A DNA stretch of 64,000 nucleotides from positions 6,975-70,974 of the forward strand of contig CAYPRJ010000001.1 in NCBI GenBank assembly GCA_964413095.1, in the 5' to 3' direction. Each line of letters opens with the position of its first letter. Within the stretch, counting starts at the first letter, position 1. The translations under genes were made by a program, and so were the position numbers. The notes under the pieces were generated by a model, which was given only the letters and a program-made list of their open reading frames with translations, was not told where the DNA came from and did no database searches. Positions 9,349-19,100 of the stretch are shown here, in pieces. This DNA comes from Candidatus Woesearchaeota archaeon (GTDB lineage: Archaea > Nanobdellota > Nanobdellia > Pacearchaeales > GW2011-AR1).

Positions 9349-9747
9349 ATGAAGAATAAAAGAGGTGCAAATATTTTAACAGAGAACCTTATTTTTATTA
9401 TTTTGAATTTGGTTTTTATAAGTATTTTAATTATTTTTTTATTTTCTAAGACAGGAAGTGCTGCTGTTTTAGAGGAGAAATATGCTAAGCAAATAGCTTT
9501 GATAATTGATTCCGCAAAACCACAAATGACAATTAAACTTAATATGAAAGATGCTATTGATAAAGCAAAAAAAGAATGGGATGAATCAAAAATAGATGAA
9601 ATAGTGAAGATTAATGGCAATATTGTCTCAGTAAAACTTAGAGAGAAGGGAGGTTATAGTTATTCATTTTTTAATGATATAGAAGCTAATGTATATCTTG
9701 ATACTACAAATAATGAAGAATATATTATTACAGTAAATGAAAAATAA
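9349..9747 (+). CDS. pilin-like protein
   Basis: MKNKRGA|NILTENLIFIILNLVFISILIIFLF: KRG then a hydrophobic stretch typical of archaeal prepilins. 132 aa. Confidence 0.45.
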   Translation: MKNKRGANILTENLIFIILNLVFISILIIFLFSKTGSAAVLEEKYAKQIALIIDSAKPQMTIKLNMKDAIDKAKKEWDESKIDEIVKINGNIVSVKLREKGGYSYSFFNDIEANVYLDTTNNEEYIITVNEK

Positions 9748-10930
9748 AAAGCTAAGTTGGAAATTGAATAAAAAAGGGGACAAAATAATCTCTGTTTATT
9801 GGTTTGTAATTTTGTTTATTGTAGTTGCAGCTGTTGTTTATATGGCCTATCTTTTTTATGGAACTCCTTATGATGCAAGAGCTGTTGAAGCAAGAGTTTT
9901 AAAAAATAAAATTGCAGATTGTTTATCTGAAGGAGGATATTTAAAAGAAAAAGTTTTAACAGAAAATTTCAAGGATAATTTTTTAGAGAAATGCGATTTA
10001 AACTTAAATGTTGAGGATGCTTATGGTTGGGAAGATGACCAGTATTATATTAAGGTGAGTTTTTATGAATTTGATAATGATTTTTCAGGTAATTTAGGAA
10101 ATTTAATTGAAGAGATAGAAGTTGGAAATATTAATTTAGTTTCTTATGCCATTCAAGAGCAAAAAGAAAAAAGCAAAAAAGATGAGATGGATACAATTGT
10201 GATTCATTATACAGAAGGTTTTTCTGCCAGAGGAGCAATTGAAACAATAAAAGATAATAATTTAAGTGTGCATTATATGATTGATAGAGATGGAACAATT
10301 ATTTCAAAAGAAAATGCTGATAACTTTTTGGAAGGAGGAGAAAAAGCCTTTGTTGGAGAAGATGAGAGAGGAGCTCATGCTGGATGTTATGATATCAGGA
10401 AAGGAGAAGAAAGAAGAAAATGCACTGAAGAAGATTTTGAAAATTTAAATTCAATTAATAATAGTTGTGATTTATTTGATTTAAACGAGGAAGAAAAATG
10501 TTGTATTCCTAGTTTTAACACGCATTCTATTGGAATAGAGCTTGTAAATCTTGGTTCTAAGTGTAATGAAGAAACTGTTTTAACAGAAAATTATTGCGAG
10601 GATAATGAAGTAGAAATTTGTGGAAAAAAATGGGAGAATTTCACTGCAGAACAAATTAGTTCTTTAATGAATTTAGCTTCAGAAATTGCTTCAAGAAATA
10701 AGATTCCTATTGACAGGGAGCACATAATTGGACATGACGAGATTGCTTTTGGGTTTAAATCAGATCCTGGTCCTGCATTTCCCTGGAAAAGCTTTATAGA
10801 AAATTTGAAAATTAGAGAAACACTAACTCCTAATTTAGAAAGAAGTTTTTATGTTTTAGATAAAAATACTAATGAAAAATATGTAATTAAAATTTTGACA
10901 ATTGTAAGAAAAACAGAAAAAAATGCTTAA
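9737..10930 (+). CDS. N-acetylmuramoyl-L-alanine amidase (amidase_2 / AmpD-PGRP family) with N-terminal membrane anchor and Cys-rich insertion
   Basis: IVIHYTEG...SVHYMIDRDGTI, GAHAG, NTHSIGIELVN, and HIIGHDEIAFGFKSDPGPAFPW match the amidase_2 Zn-amidase blocks of T7 lysozyme and AmpD (GH..i..K.DPGP.F). Confidence 0.8.
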   Translation: MKNKKLSWKLNKKGDKIISVYWFVILFIVVAAVVYMAYLFYGTPYDARAVEARVLKNKIADCLSEGGYLKEKVLTENFKDNFLEKCDLNLNVEDAYGWEDDQYYIKVSFYEFDNDFSGNLGNLIEEIEVGNINLVSYAIQEQKEKSKKDEMDTIVIHYTEGFSARGAIETIKDNNLSVHYMIDRDGTIISKENADNFLEGGEKAFVGEDERGAHAGCYDIRKGEERRKCTEEDFENLNSINNSCDLFDLNEEEKCCIPSFNTHSIGIELVNLGSKCNEETVLTENYCEDNEVEICGKKWENFTAEQISSLMNLASEIASRNKIPIDREHIIGHDEIAFGFKSDPGPAFPWKSFIENLKIRETLTPNLERSFYVLDKNTNEKYVIKILTIVRKTEKNA

Positions 10931-11447
10931 TAAGATTTTAATAAGAAAAAAAGCTCAGATTGGGGAAACTATAACATGGGTAGTTGCAACTATCATTATA
11001 ATTGTTATTCTTGCATTTTCAATTTTTGTTACATCATCATTAACAAAAGGAAAAGGAATTTCAGGAGCAGGGAATGGTAAAGAAATTGGAGTGATTAATG
11101 AAAAAGATTTAATTGCTGCAAAATCTTTATCTAGCTATTTATTGACAAAAGATGCTTCTGGAGAAATTGTTTTTGAGCAGATAAAAACCGAAGGAAATTT
11201 AAATGATTTTAATGGAGAATTAGCTGAGGCAATTTTTGAGGGGCTTTATAGTAAAGATTACTCTCATGTTATTTGGTTTGGAGTGGTTAAAAATGTAGGA
11301 TTATTTAATAATGATTATTTTGGTAGTAGGGGAAAGACAGTACAGCGAAAAGGAGGAGATACAGTTCCTGGATATTATTCTTCTGTTGGTGAAAAATTAA
11401 TGTTAGATGAAAATAAATGGTTGGAATTAATCTTAATGGATGATTAA
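10923..11447 (+). CDS. pilin-like protein
   Basis: N-terminal basic stretch then TITWVVATIIIIVILAFSIFV helix. 174 aa. The start overlaps the upstream stop. Confidence 0.35.
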   Translation: MLNKILIRKKAQIGETITWVVATIIIIVILAFSIFVTSSLTKGKGISGAGNGKEIGVINEKDLIAAKSLSSYLLTKDASGEIVFEQIKTEGNLNDFNGELAEAIFEGLYSKDYSHVIWFGVVKNVGLFNNDYFGSRGKTVQRKGGDTVPGYYSSVGEKLMLDENKWLELILMDD

Positions 11448-11793
11448 AATGAGAAAAATCACAAAAAATAAGAAAGCAGATATTCCTGTGACAATTTTAG
11501 TAATTGGTATTGTTGCAGTTTGTGTTTTGGCGATTATAAGTTTTGTAATCTCTGGAAGTTCAAATCAAACAGGAGTCGAAGCTTTTGAAGAAATAGATTC
11601 TTATGTTGAAAAATTTTATTTTTATTTAAATGCTGGTTTTTCAGAAGAGGAAGCTTTGGAAAAAGTTTCTGCAGAAAAAATTTCTGGAAAGAATTTGGAA
11701 ATGAAAATTGAGGAAAATAATTTAATTATAAAAAAATATTATAAAGAAAGAGATGTTGTTTTGGATATTAAATATGCAAAGCCCTTGAAATAA
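11440..11793 (+). CDS. pilin-like protein
   Basis: N-terminal KNKKADIPVTILVIGIVAVCVLAIISFV. 117 aa. The start overlaps the upstream stop. Confidence 0.35.
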   Translation: MIKMRKITKNKKADIPVTILVIGIVAVCVLAIISFVISGSSNQTGVEAFEEIDSYVEKFYFYLNAGFSEEEALEKVSAEKISGKNLEMKIEENNLIIKKYYKERDVVLDIKYAKPLK

Positions 11794-11831
11794 TTGGAAA
11801 GTTTTATAAATAAAATATTCTTCAAATATTT

Positions 11832-12323
11832 ATGTTGAATAAAAGAGGTCAGGGTTTAAGCACTAATGCTATAATATTAATTATTTTGGGTGTTGTTGTT
11901 TTAGTTATTTTAATAATAGGATTTACTCTTGGATGGGGAACCTTGAAAGACAGAATAACTGGTGGAGGAAATAATGTTGATGATGTTGTTCAGGAATGTA
12001 GTTCAGCATGCGCTACTTTAAGCAGATATAGTTATTGTTCTGCAAAAAAGGAATTAAAAACAGAAGATGAAACATTAACTAATGTTACTTGTTATTATTT
12101 AGCTGAAAAGCAACCACAATATGGAATTGAAAAATGTTCTGCTTTGAGTTGTGATTATGTGTTTGTAGATGTAGATGTAAATGAAGGAGAGACAATTGAA
12201 GACAAGTGTAAAGATAATGAAGAAAATGCAATTCAGGCATTAAAAGGAGAGACAATTCAGGCCTTAATAGATAATGAATTAATTAGTCATGATTGTCCTG
12301 CACAATCTGAAACTGCTGAATAA
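11832..12323 (+). CDS. archaeal type IV pilin (class III signal peptide)
   Basis: MLNKRGQ|GLSTNAIILIILGVVVLVILIIGF has the canonical KRGQ prepilin-peptidase site. The mature part is Cys-rich. Confidence 0.55.
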   Translation: MLNKRGQGLSTNAIILIILGVVVLVILIIGFTLGWGTLKDRITGGGNNVDDVVQECSSACATLSRYSYCSAKKELKTEDETLTNVTCYYLAEKQPQYGIEKCSALSCDYVFVDVDVNEGETIEDKCKDNEENAIQALKGETIQALIDNELISHDCPAQSETAE

Positions 12324-12673
12324 ATTAATTTTCTAAAAATATTTAAAGTATTTTTTCTTATTTAAATTATGGATTATAATTCAGGAAGCGACAAGAGGAA
12401 AAAGAGAAAAGATAAGAAAAAAGATAAAAAGAAACACCCTTATAAAAAAGGTGGGAAGAGGAGAACGCAGAAGAAGTAATCTTGTTGAAAATATCTATTA
12501 TCTGCCATTCACTACTCTCCAACCTCCCAATTAGCTGCTCATTATTATTCCAGAAATTTGCTTATTAACTTTAATCAATCAATTTGCGAAGCAGCATTTT
12601 TTCAACTAAAGATTCTGATACACTAATAATTCTAAATACAAAATAATTTAAATAAACCACACATTTTTACTTA

Positions 12674-13522
12674 ATGGAAGAGGTGATTTTTTTAATAATT
12701 TTAGCATTAATCTGGATTATTTTTGCTGTTGTTCAGGATTTAAGAAATAGAGAAATTGCTAATTGGTTAAATTTTTCTTTAATAATTTTTGCCTTGGGGT
12801 TTAGGTTTTTTTATTCTCTGTTTTCTGAAACAGTGAGTTTTTCTTTTTTTTATCAAGGACTTTTAGGTCTGGGAATTTTTTTTGCATTAGGAAACTTGCT
12901 TTATTATAGTAGAATGTTTGCAGGAGGAGATGCAAAACTTATGATTTCTTTAGGGGCTGTGCTTCCTTTTTATAATGTTTTTTTTGACAATCTAAAAAAC
13001 TTTGTATTATTCTTTTTAATCTTTTTAGTTGTTGGTGCTTGTTATGGTTTTATTTCAAGTATTATTGTAACAGTAAAAAACTTTCAACCATTTAAAAAAG
13101 AATTTTCTTCACAAATAAAATCAAGAAAAAAAATATTATATGTTTTGATGGTTTTTGGTTTGGTATTAATGATTTTAGGATTTTTTGAAAATCTTTTTTT
13201 TCTTTTTGGTATTTTTTCTTTTATTTTCCCCTGGTTCTATATCTATGCAAAATCTGTTGATGAAGCATGTATGATTAAAAAAATCGAAGTGAAAAAATTA
13301 AGAGAAGGAGATTGGCTTTATAATAATGTAAAAATTGGGAAGAAGATAATTAAGGCAAAATGGGATGGTTTATCAAAAAAGGAAATCAAGGAGATAAGGA
13401 AGAAAAAGAAAAACGTGAAAATAAGAGAAGGAATTGCTTTTAGTCCTGTTTTTTTAATTAGTTTTATAATTTTGGCTTTATTTTATTTTTTGAAAATAGA
13501 TTTATGGAATTTTATAATTTAA
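12674..13522 (+). CDS. prepilin/preflagellin peptidase (A24 family, PibD/FlaK-like) with Lys-rich C-terminal extension
   Basis: Polytopic membrane protein with VQDLRNREIANW (first Asp motif) and FAGGDAKLMISLGAV (the GxGD-type second catalytic Asp motif of A24 peptidases). Confidence 0.65.
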   Translation: MEEVIFLIILALIWIIFAVVQDLRNREIANWLNFSLIIFALGFRFFYSLFSETVSFSFFYQGLLGLGIFFALGNLLYYSRMFAGGDAKLMISLGAVLPFYNVFFDNLKNFVLFFLIFLVVGACYGFISSIIVTVKNFQPFKKEFSSQIKSRKKILYVLMVFGLVLMILGFFENLFFLFGIFSFIFPWFYIYAKSVDEACMIKKIEVKKLREGDWLYNNVKIGKKIIKAKWDGLSKKEIKEIRKKKKNVKIREGIAFSPVFLISFIILALFYFLKIDLWNFII

Positions 13523-14140
13523 TTAAGGAATTCTCTTTGGCAACCAAATTTTTTCTTTTATTTTTTTAGTTTTAGGTTTTTTTGATTTGTTTTCTCTTTG
13601 TTTGTTTTTTTCTAAATCTTGCTGAAGTTGTTCAAGTTCTTCTGGTTTTGCTTGGTTTCTTTTTGATTCAGGAGTTTCATTGTTATAAATTGGAAGAATA
13701 TTTATTATTTCATGACCAAAAAGATTTGAGGAAAATGTTTTTACTTCTTTTGGTTTAAGTTTTGATTTTATTTTTTTTGTTATTTGTTCTTCTAAGGTTT
13801 TCATTTCTTTTGGTAATTTTTCTGGAGATGAAATATGCTCTTTTGGAACTATAAGTGTATGTCCTTTTGATATTGGATTTATTTCAAGAATTGCTATAGA
13901 CTTTTCATTTTCTTCTATTTTATAGGATTTTGTATCACCAAAAATTATCGAGCAAAAAATACACTGTTGCTGGTTTTGGTTTTTTATCAGGTTATTTTGT
14001 TCTAAGAATTGTTCAAGTTGCTCATTGTTCATTGAATTTACCTGATTTATTGCAGACTCTTTTTTATCTTCAGGAAAAGTAGATTTTATCTGTTGTATTA
14101 TTTCTTCTTTTATTTTAGAAGATTGTTCATCTGATAACAT
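13523..14140 (-). CDS. HIT-like (HINT-fold) protein with Q/N-rich N-terminal region
   Basis: CIFCSIIFGDTKSYKIEENEKSIAILEINPISKGHTLIVPKEH matches the HINT N-terminal block. The histidine triad is degenerate (FGHEIINILP). Confidence 0.5.
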   Translation of the reverse strand: MLSDEQSSKIKEEIIQQIKSTFPEDKKESAINQVNSMNNEQLEQFLEQNNLIKNQNQQQCIFCSIIFGDTKSYKIEENEKSIAILEINPISKGHTLIVPKEHISSPEKLPKEMKTLEEQITKKIKSKLKPKEVKTFSSNLFGHEIINILPIYNNETPESKRNQAKPEELEQLQQDLEKNKQRENKSKKPKTKKIKEKIWLPKRIP

Positions 14141-14170
14141 AGATTTATATTAAAATTATAATTAATAAAT

Positions 14171-14443
14171 TTATCCAAAAGCTCTTCTCATATCAACAAC
14201 TTCAATAGAATTAATATTTTTGATTTCTTTTAATTTTTCTTCAATTGGTTCTATAGGAGTTTCTTCATCAATATCAAAAGAAGTTATAACTGCTTTTAAT
14301 CCGAATGCTATTGGCTCTTCTTCAAATGAGGTTCTTTTTCCGTTGTTTTTTTCAATTATCTCTTTTGCAGATTTTTTAATATCTTCTAAATCCACTTCTG
14401 GAGAAGACGGCATAATTTTTATTTTAACTAATACTATTCCCAT
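14171..14443 (-). CDS. ef1b: translation elongation factor aEF-1 beta
   Basis: 90 aa. MGIVLVKIKIMPSSPEVDLEDIKK...EEEPIAFGLKAV...IEVVDMRRA matches archaeal EF-1beta. Confidence 0.8.
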   Translation of the reverse strand: MGIVLVKIKIMPSSPEVDLEDIKKSAKEIIEKNNGKRTSFEEEPIAFGLKAVITSFDIDEETPIEPIEEKLKEIKNINSIEVVDMRRAFG

Positions 14444-14488
14444 AATTTTAGTGTAATTTAATGTGTTTATAAGTTTTCTGATGTTTAT

Positions 14489-14652
14489 AGTATCTCTGAT
14501 ACTTATAAATGGTATTCTTATTTTTCAATAACTTGGCTCACTTCATTCGCTATTAATAAATATAATTAATGCTAAAACCAACGAGGATTGCAGTTATTTG
14601 TGGATTAATTTGAGCTGATAGGCGAACTATTTTTCATTCAAAAAAACTCATC
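14489..14652. repeat. ~165-bp element, copy A of an inverted repeat pair (partner at 60348-60510, about 95% identical)
   Basis: Direct comparison: the reverse complement of 60348-60510 aligns to 14489-14652 with about 5 mismatches or indels. Confidence 0.85.
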
Positions 14653-14707
14653 GGAGACTAGTTTAGTTTATAATAATACTTAAAAAGATTTAATCTTTTT
14701 TTATTAG

Positions 14708-15655
14708 ATGGCTGATGGAAATTATGAGAGAATTTTGAATAGAATTTCTAAGTCTTCAGGATTAGATAAGGAAGAAGTAGAGAGAAGAGTTGAAGCTAAA
14801 AGAGCAAAACTTTCTGGTCTTATTAGCCACGAAGGAGCTGCGCAGATTATTGCTGCTGAGCTGGGAGTTAATTTTGATAATGAAAGATTGAAGATTAATG
14901 AATTATTACCTGGGATGAAAAAAGTCAATGTTGTTGGAAAAGTTATTAATTTATTTCCTGTAAGAACTTTTGTTAGAAATGGTAAGGAAGGAAAAGTAGC
15001 AAATCTTATTATTGCTGATGAAACTTCAAATATGAAACTTGTTTTATGGGATGTTAATCATATTGAGTTGATTGAAAAAGGAAAAATTGACAAAGGAAGT
15101 GTGATTGAAGCTATTAATGGGGGTGTTAGAGATAATGAAATACATCTGGGTAGTTTTTCTGAATTGAAATTAAGTGATAAGAATTTAGAAGATAAAGATA
15201 TTAAAAAAGAAAAAGTTTACAAAGAAAGAAAAATATTTGATTTCAAAATTTCAAGCAATATCAAAGCAAGAGCTTTTATTGTTCAGGTCTTTGAGCCTAG
15301 ATTTTTTACTGTTTGTCCTGAATGCAAAAGAAAGGTTGTATCAGAAGGAGAAAACTTTGTTTGTTCTGAGCATGGGAAAGTTACTGGAGAAAAAAGAGCA
15401 GTTATGAATGTTATTCTTGATGATGGCAGTGAAACAATTCGTTCAGTTATTTTTCATGATAAATTAAAAGATTTAGGAATTACAGATTTAGAAAATCAAG
15501 AGACATTATCAAAACAAAAACAAGAACTTTTAGGCAAAGAAATGTTTTTTTTCGGAGCTGTTAGGAACAATAATTATTTTAATAATTTGGAATTTATAAT
15601 AGACAAAGCAGAGGAAGTAAATCTTGACGAATTGTTGCAAGAGCTAGAGGGTTAA
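14708..15655 (+). CDS. rpa: replication protein A (RPA/SSB) with OB fold and C-terminal zinc ribbon
   Basis: The N-terminus LISHEGAAQIIAAELGV is typical of archaeal RPA. OB-fold region, and CPECKRKV...CSEHGKV is a Zn ribbon. Confidence 0.6.
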   Translation: MADGNYERILNRISKSSGLDKEEVERRVEAKRAKLSGLISHEGAAQIIAAELGVNFDNERLKINELLPGMKKVNVVGKVINLFPVRTFVRNGKEGKVANLIIADETSNMKLVLWDVNHIELIEKGKIDKGSVIEAINGGVRDNEIHLGSFSELKLSDKNLEDKDIKKEKVYKERKIFDFKISSNIKARAFIVQVFEPRFFTVCPECKRKVVSEGENFVCSEHGKVTGEKRAVMNVILDDGSETIRSVIFHDKLKDLGITDLENQETLSKQKQELLGKEMFFFGAVRNNNYFNNLEFIIDKAEEVNLDELLQELEG

Positions 15656-16105
15656 ATGTTAATAAGAACACATTTGGTTATAACTCTTTTTTTTGTTATT
15701 CTTTTTTTATCTAAAGTAGAGAGCAAATTATCTTTTGTTTTAATTGCAGTTATTGCGACAATTATTCCAGACATTGATTCTCCTTTTTCTAAAATAGGAA
15801 AAAGAAAAACTTTGAAAGTTTTGCAGTTTTTTACTAAACATCGTGGAATGATTCATAGTTTTACTTTTCTTTTTTTAATTGTTCTTTTTTTTGCTTTGTT
15901 TTTTCCAGTGATTGCATTGCCTTTTTTCTTAGGATATAGTTTGCATTTAATTGCAGATAGTTTTACAATTAAAGGAATAAAGCCTTTTTATCCTTTGAAA
16001 AGAAGGATTTTTGGAAAAATTAGAACAGGAGGTAGAGTAGAGACAATTATTTTTGTCATTTTTTTGATTGCTGATTTAGTTTTGATTCTTTTAAGGTTTT
16101 TCTAA
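15656..16105 (+). CDS. membrane-bound metal-dependent hydrolase-like protein (DUF457/YdjM-like)
   Basis: IPDIDSP...HRGMIHS motifs in a 4-TM protein. Confidence 0.4.
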   Translation: MLIRTHLVITLFFVILFLSKVESKLSFVLIAVIATIIPDIDSPFSKIGKRKTLKVLQFFTKHRGMIHSFTFLFLIVLFFALFFPVIALPFFLGYSLHLIADSFTIKGIKPFYPLKRRIFGKIRTGGRVETIIFVIFLIADLVLILLRFF

Positions 16106-16158
16106 CATATCTAAAACATCCAAATAATCTTTATAAATAAGAGAAATTTTAATTATTT

Positions 16159-19100
16159 ATGGCTACTAAAAAAGATGTTGAAGAAATTAAGAATGCTGTT
16201 TCTGGAGAGGAGAAGGAGGAAAAAGAGCCTCAGCTTACAGATTTGCCGGGAATTGGTCCTGCAGTAGCAACAAAGCTTGAATCTGCAGGAATATATGATT
16301 TAATGTCTTTAGCTGTTATGGGTCCTGCTGAGTTAGGGAATATTGCTGGTGTTAGTGCTGGTGTTGCAAGAAAAGCTATTCAAGCAGCGCGTAGTATGTT
16401 GAAACTAGGTTTTACAGATGGCTTTGAATATGCACAGAGAAGAGCTAATGTTAATTATATTACTACTGGAAGTAAAAATATTGATAATCTTCTTGGGGGA
16501 AAAGGTGTAGAAAGCAGAGCAGTTACAGAAGCATTTGGAGCTTATGGTTCTGGAAAGTGTGTAAGTAAAGACACTGCGGTTAGTTATTTTAATGATACAA
16601 GGATGCATGTTGAGCAGATACAGGAAACTTACAATAAATACAACAAAAATAATGAGTTTAAGTTTGAGGAAGGATTTGCTGTCCCTGTTTCAAGCGTAAA
16701 GGTTCTTGCTTGGAATAAGGGAAAATTAAAAGTTGCAAGAGCTTCACATTTATATAAGGAAAAAGTAAAGCAGTTATTCTTAGTAAAAACAAAAAGAGGC
16801 AGGGTTTTAAAAGTTACAGGAAAACACAGGATTTTAAGTTTTGATAATGGGGTTAAATGGAAAAAAACATCGGATTTAAAAAAAGGAGACTTAATTGCTT
16901 CTCCAAGAAAATTAGATTTGGTTACAGAAAATATTTATGATGAAGATGATGCTTATTTTTTGGGGTTGTTTGTAGCAGAAGGAACTTCAAATCCTTTTTC
17001 AATTTCAACTGGCTCTGAAAAAATAAAGAATTGGGTTTGCAATTACATAAAAAATAAATTTAGATATGTTCCTCTGGTGAGATATAATCAAAGAGGTGAA
17101 AAACCAGTTTATACAATTTTATCAAAAAATAAAACCCGCGGAATAATGGCTGGACTTGATAAATGCAACTCCTCTAATAAGTTTATTCCTGAAGCTATTT
17201 TTCTTTCAGATGAAAATGTTGTTTCTTCATTTTTAGGAGGATATCTTGATGGAGATGGAGAGGTTTCTAAAACAGATGTCTCTGCGACTACAAAAAGCTC
17301 TAAACTGGCTACACAATTAAGTTATTTGTTTTTAAGATTGGGAATTAGCGTAAGTATTAAAGAAAGAAAAAATGAAAAATATGGAAACTATAAGGTAGTT
17401 AGGGTAAGTGGTGAAGATAGAAAAAGGCTAAAAAATGTTTCTTTTAAGATAAAAAGATTTTCTCCTGATATAAGAAATAGTGCTTATGGCTATCCTCGAA
17501 AAATAATTTCTTTTCTTCACCAACTTTATAAAGAGTGTCTTGGAGGTAATAGGGGAAGATTAAGAAAAGAAGTAGGCAAAAGAAGTTTGGACAGAACTGT
17601 TTATTCTAATTTAATAAACCAATATCAGGGAAAGGTGGTAAATACAAAAACATTTAGAAGAATAGAAGATGTTTTTGAAAAACAGAAAGACAGATTTGTT
17701 CATATTTTAAAGAAACTCGAAGATGAAGAATTTAGCCAGGAAATTTTAAATGAAATCTATCCTAGTTTGCCTTTTGCTTTTAGTTCATTGGCAGAAGATA
17801 TGGGCCTGAAGAAAAAAAGCATAAGAAATTATTATCATAGAAATATTCCTAATTCAAAAAAAGAGATTTTAAAGAATCTTATTTTTAATGAATTAAAAAC
17901 CAGGGTTGATATGATTTACCTGGCTTTGGAAATTATTTCAGAAATAAAGATGTTTAATTGGGATGTTGTGGAGAGTGTTGAAGTTATTGATTATGATGAT
18001 TATGTTTATGACTTTGTTGTTCCAGAGGGGCATTCTTTTATTGGGGGCAATCTTCCTACAATGATGCATAATACTCAGCTTGGTTTAACTCTTGCTGTTA
18101 ATGTTCAATTGCCTGTTGAAAAAGGTGGTGCAAATGGAAAGTGTGTTTTTATTGATACAGAAGGAACTTTCAGACCAGCGCGTATAAAACAAATTGCTGA
18201 AATTTTAGGAGCCAATCAAGAAAAAGTTTTGAAAAATATTTTAGTTGCAAGAGCTTTTAATTCAGATCATCAAATTTTGCTTTTAGAAAAAATCTCTGAA
18301 ATGGTTAAACAAGGAGAACCAATTAAATTATTAATTGTTGATTCTTTAACTGCACATTTTAGAGCAGAGTTTTCAGGAAGAGGACAATTAGCAGACAGGC
18401 AGCAAAAATTGAATAAATATCTTCATAATTTAATGAGGCTTGCTGAACAGCACAATCTTGCAGTTTATGTTACAAATCAAGTAATGGCAAATCCTGCGCA
18501 GATGTTTGGAGATCCTACAACTGCAATTGGGGGGAATATTGTGGGACACGCTTGTTTAACAGGAGATAGTTTAATTCAATTAGCTGATGGAAGTATAAGG
18601 GAAATTAAAAATATTAGTAAGAATAATGTTATTTCTGGAAATTTAAATAAATTAAGCTTTGAACAAGCAGGCTCTGAAAAAACTTTTATCAATCCAGACA
18701 TCAAAAAAATTTACAATATTAAAACAACAAATCAAATAAAGTGTTCTCCTCTCCATAGATTTTTTTCAATAGAAAATTTTTCTATTATTGAAAAAGAAGC
18801 CAAAGATTTGAGAGAGGGGGATTTTATTGCTCATGCAGGAAGAATTGAGATAGGGGGAGAAGAGCAGGAGTTGCCGACTCTAAATTTAAGAAGAATTGGA
18901 AAAATATCTAAAGATGAGGGAAAATTAATTTCAGAGGAGCTTGGAAAAGGAAATATTTCAAGAAATGAAATATGCAAGAAAGTGGGGATAACTTCAAGGC
19001 AGTTTAGAAGGGTTTTAAATCAGTCATATCCTACAAATATTAAAGTTTTTGATGCTTTAAAAAAGCATTTTGCAAATAATCTTCAGTTACAGGTTGTTCC

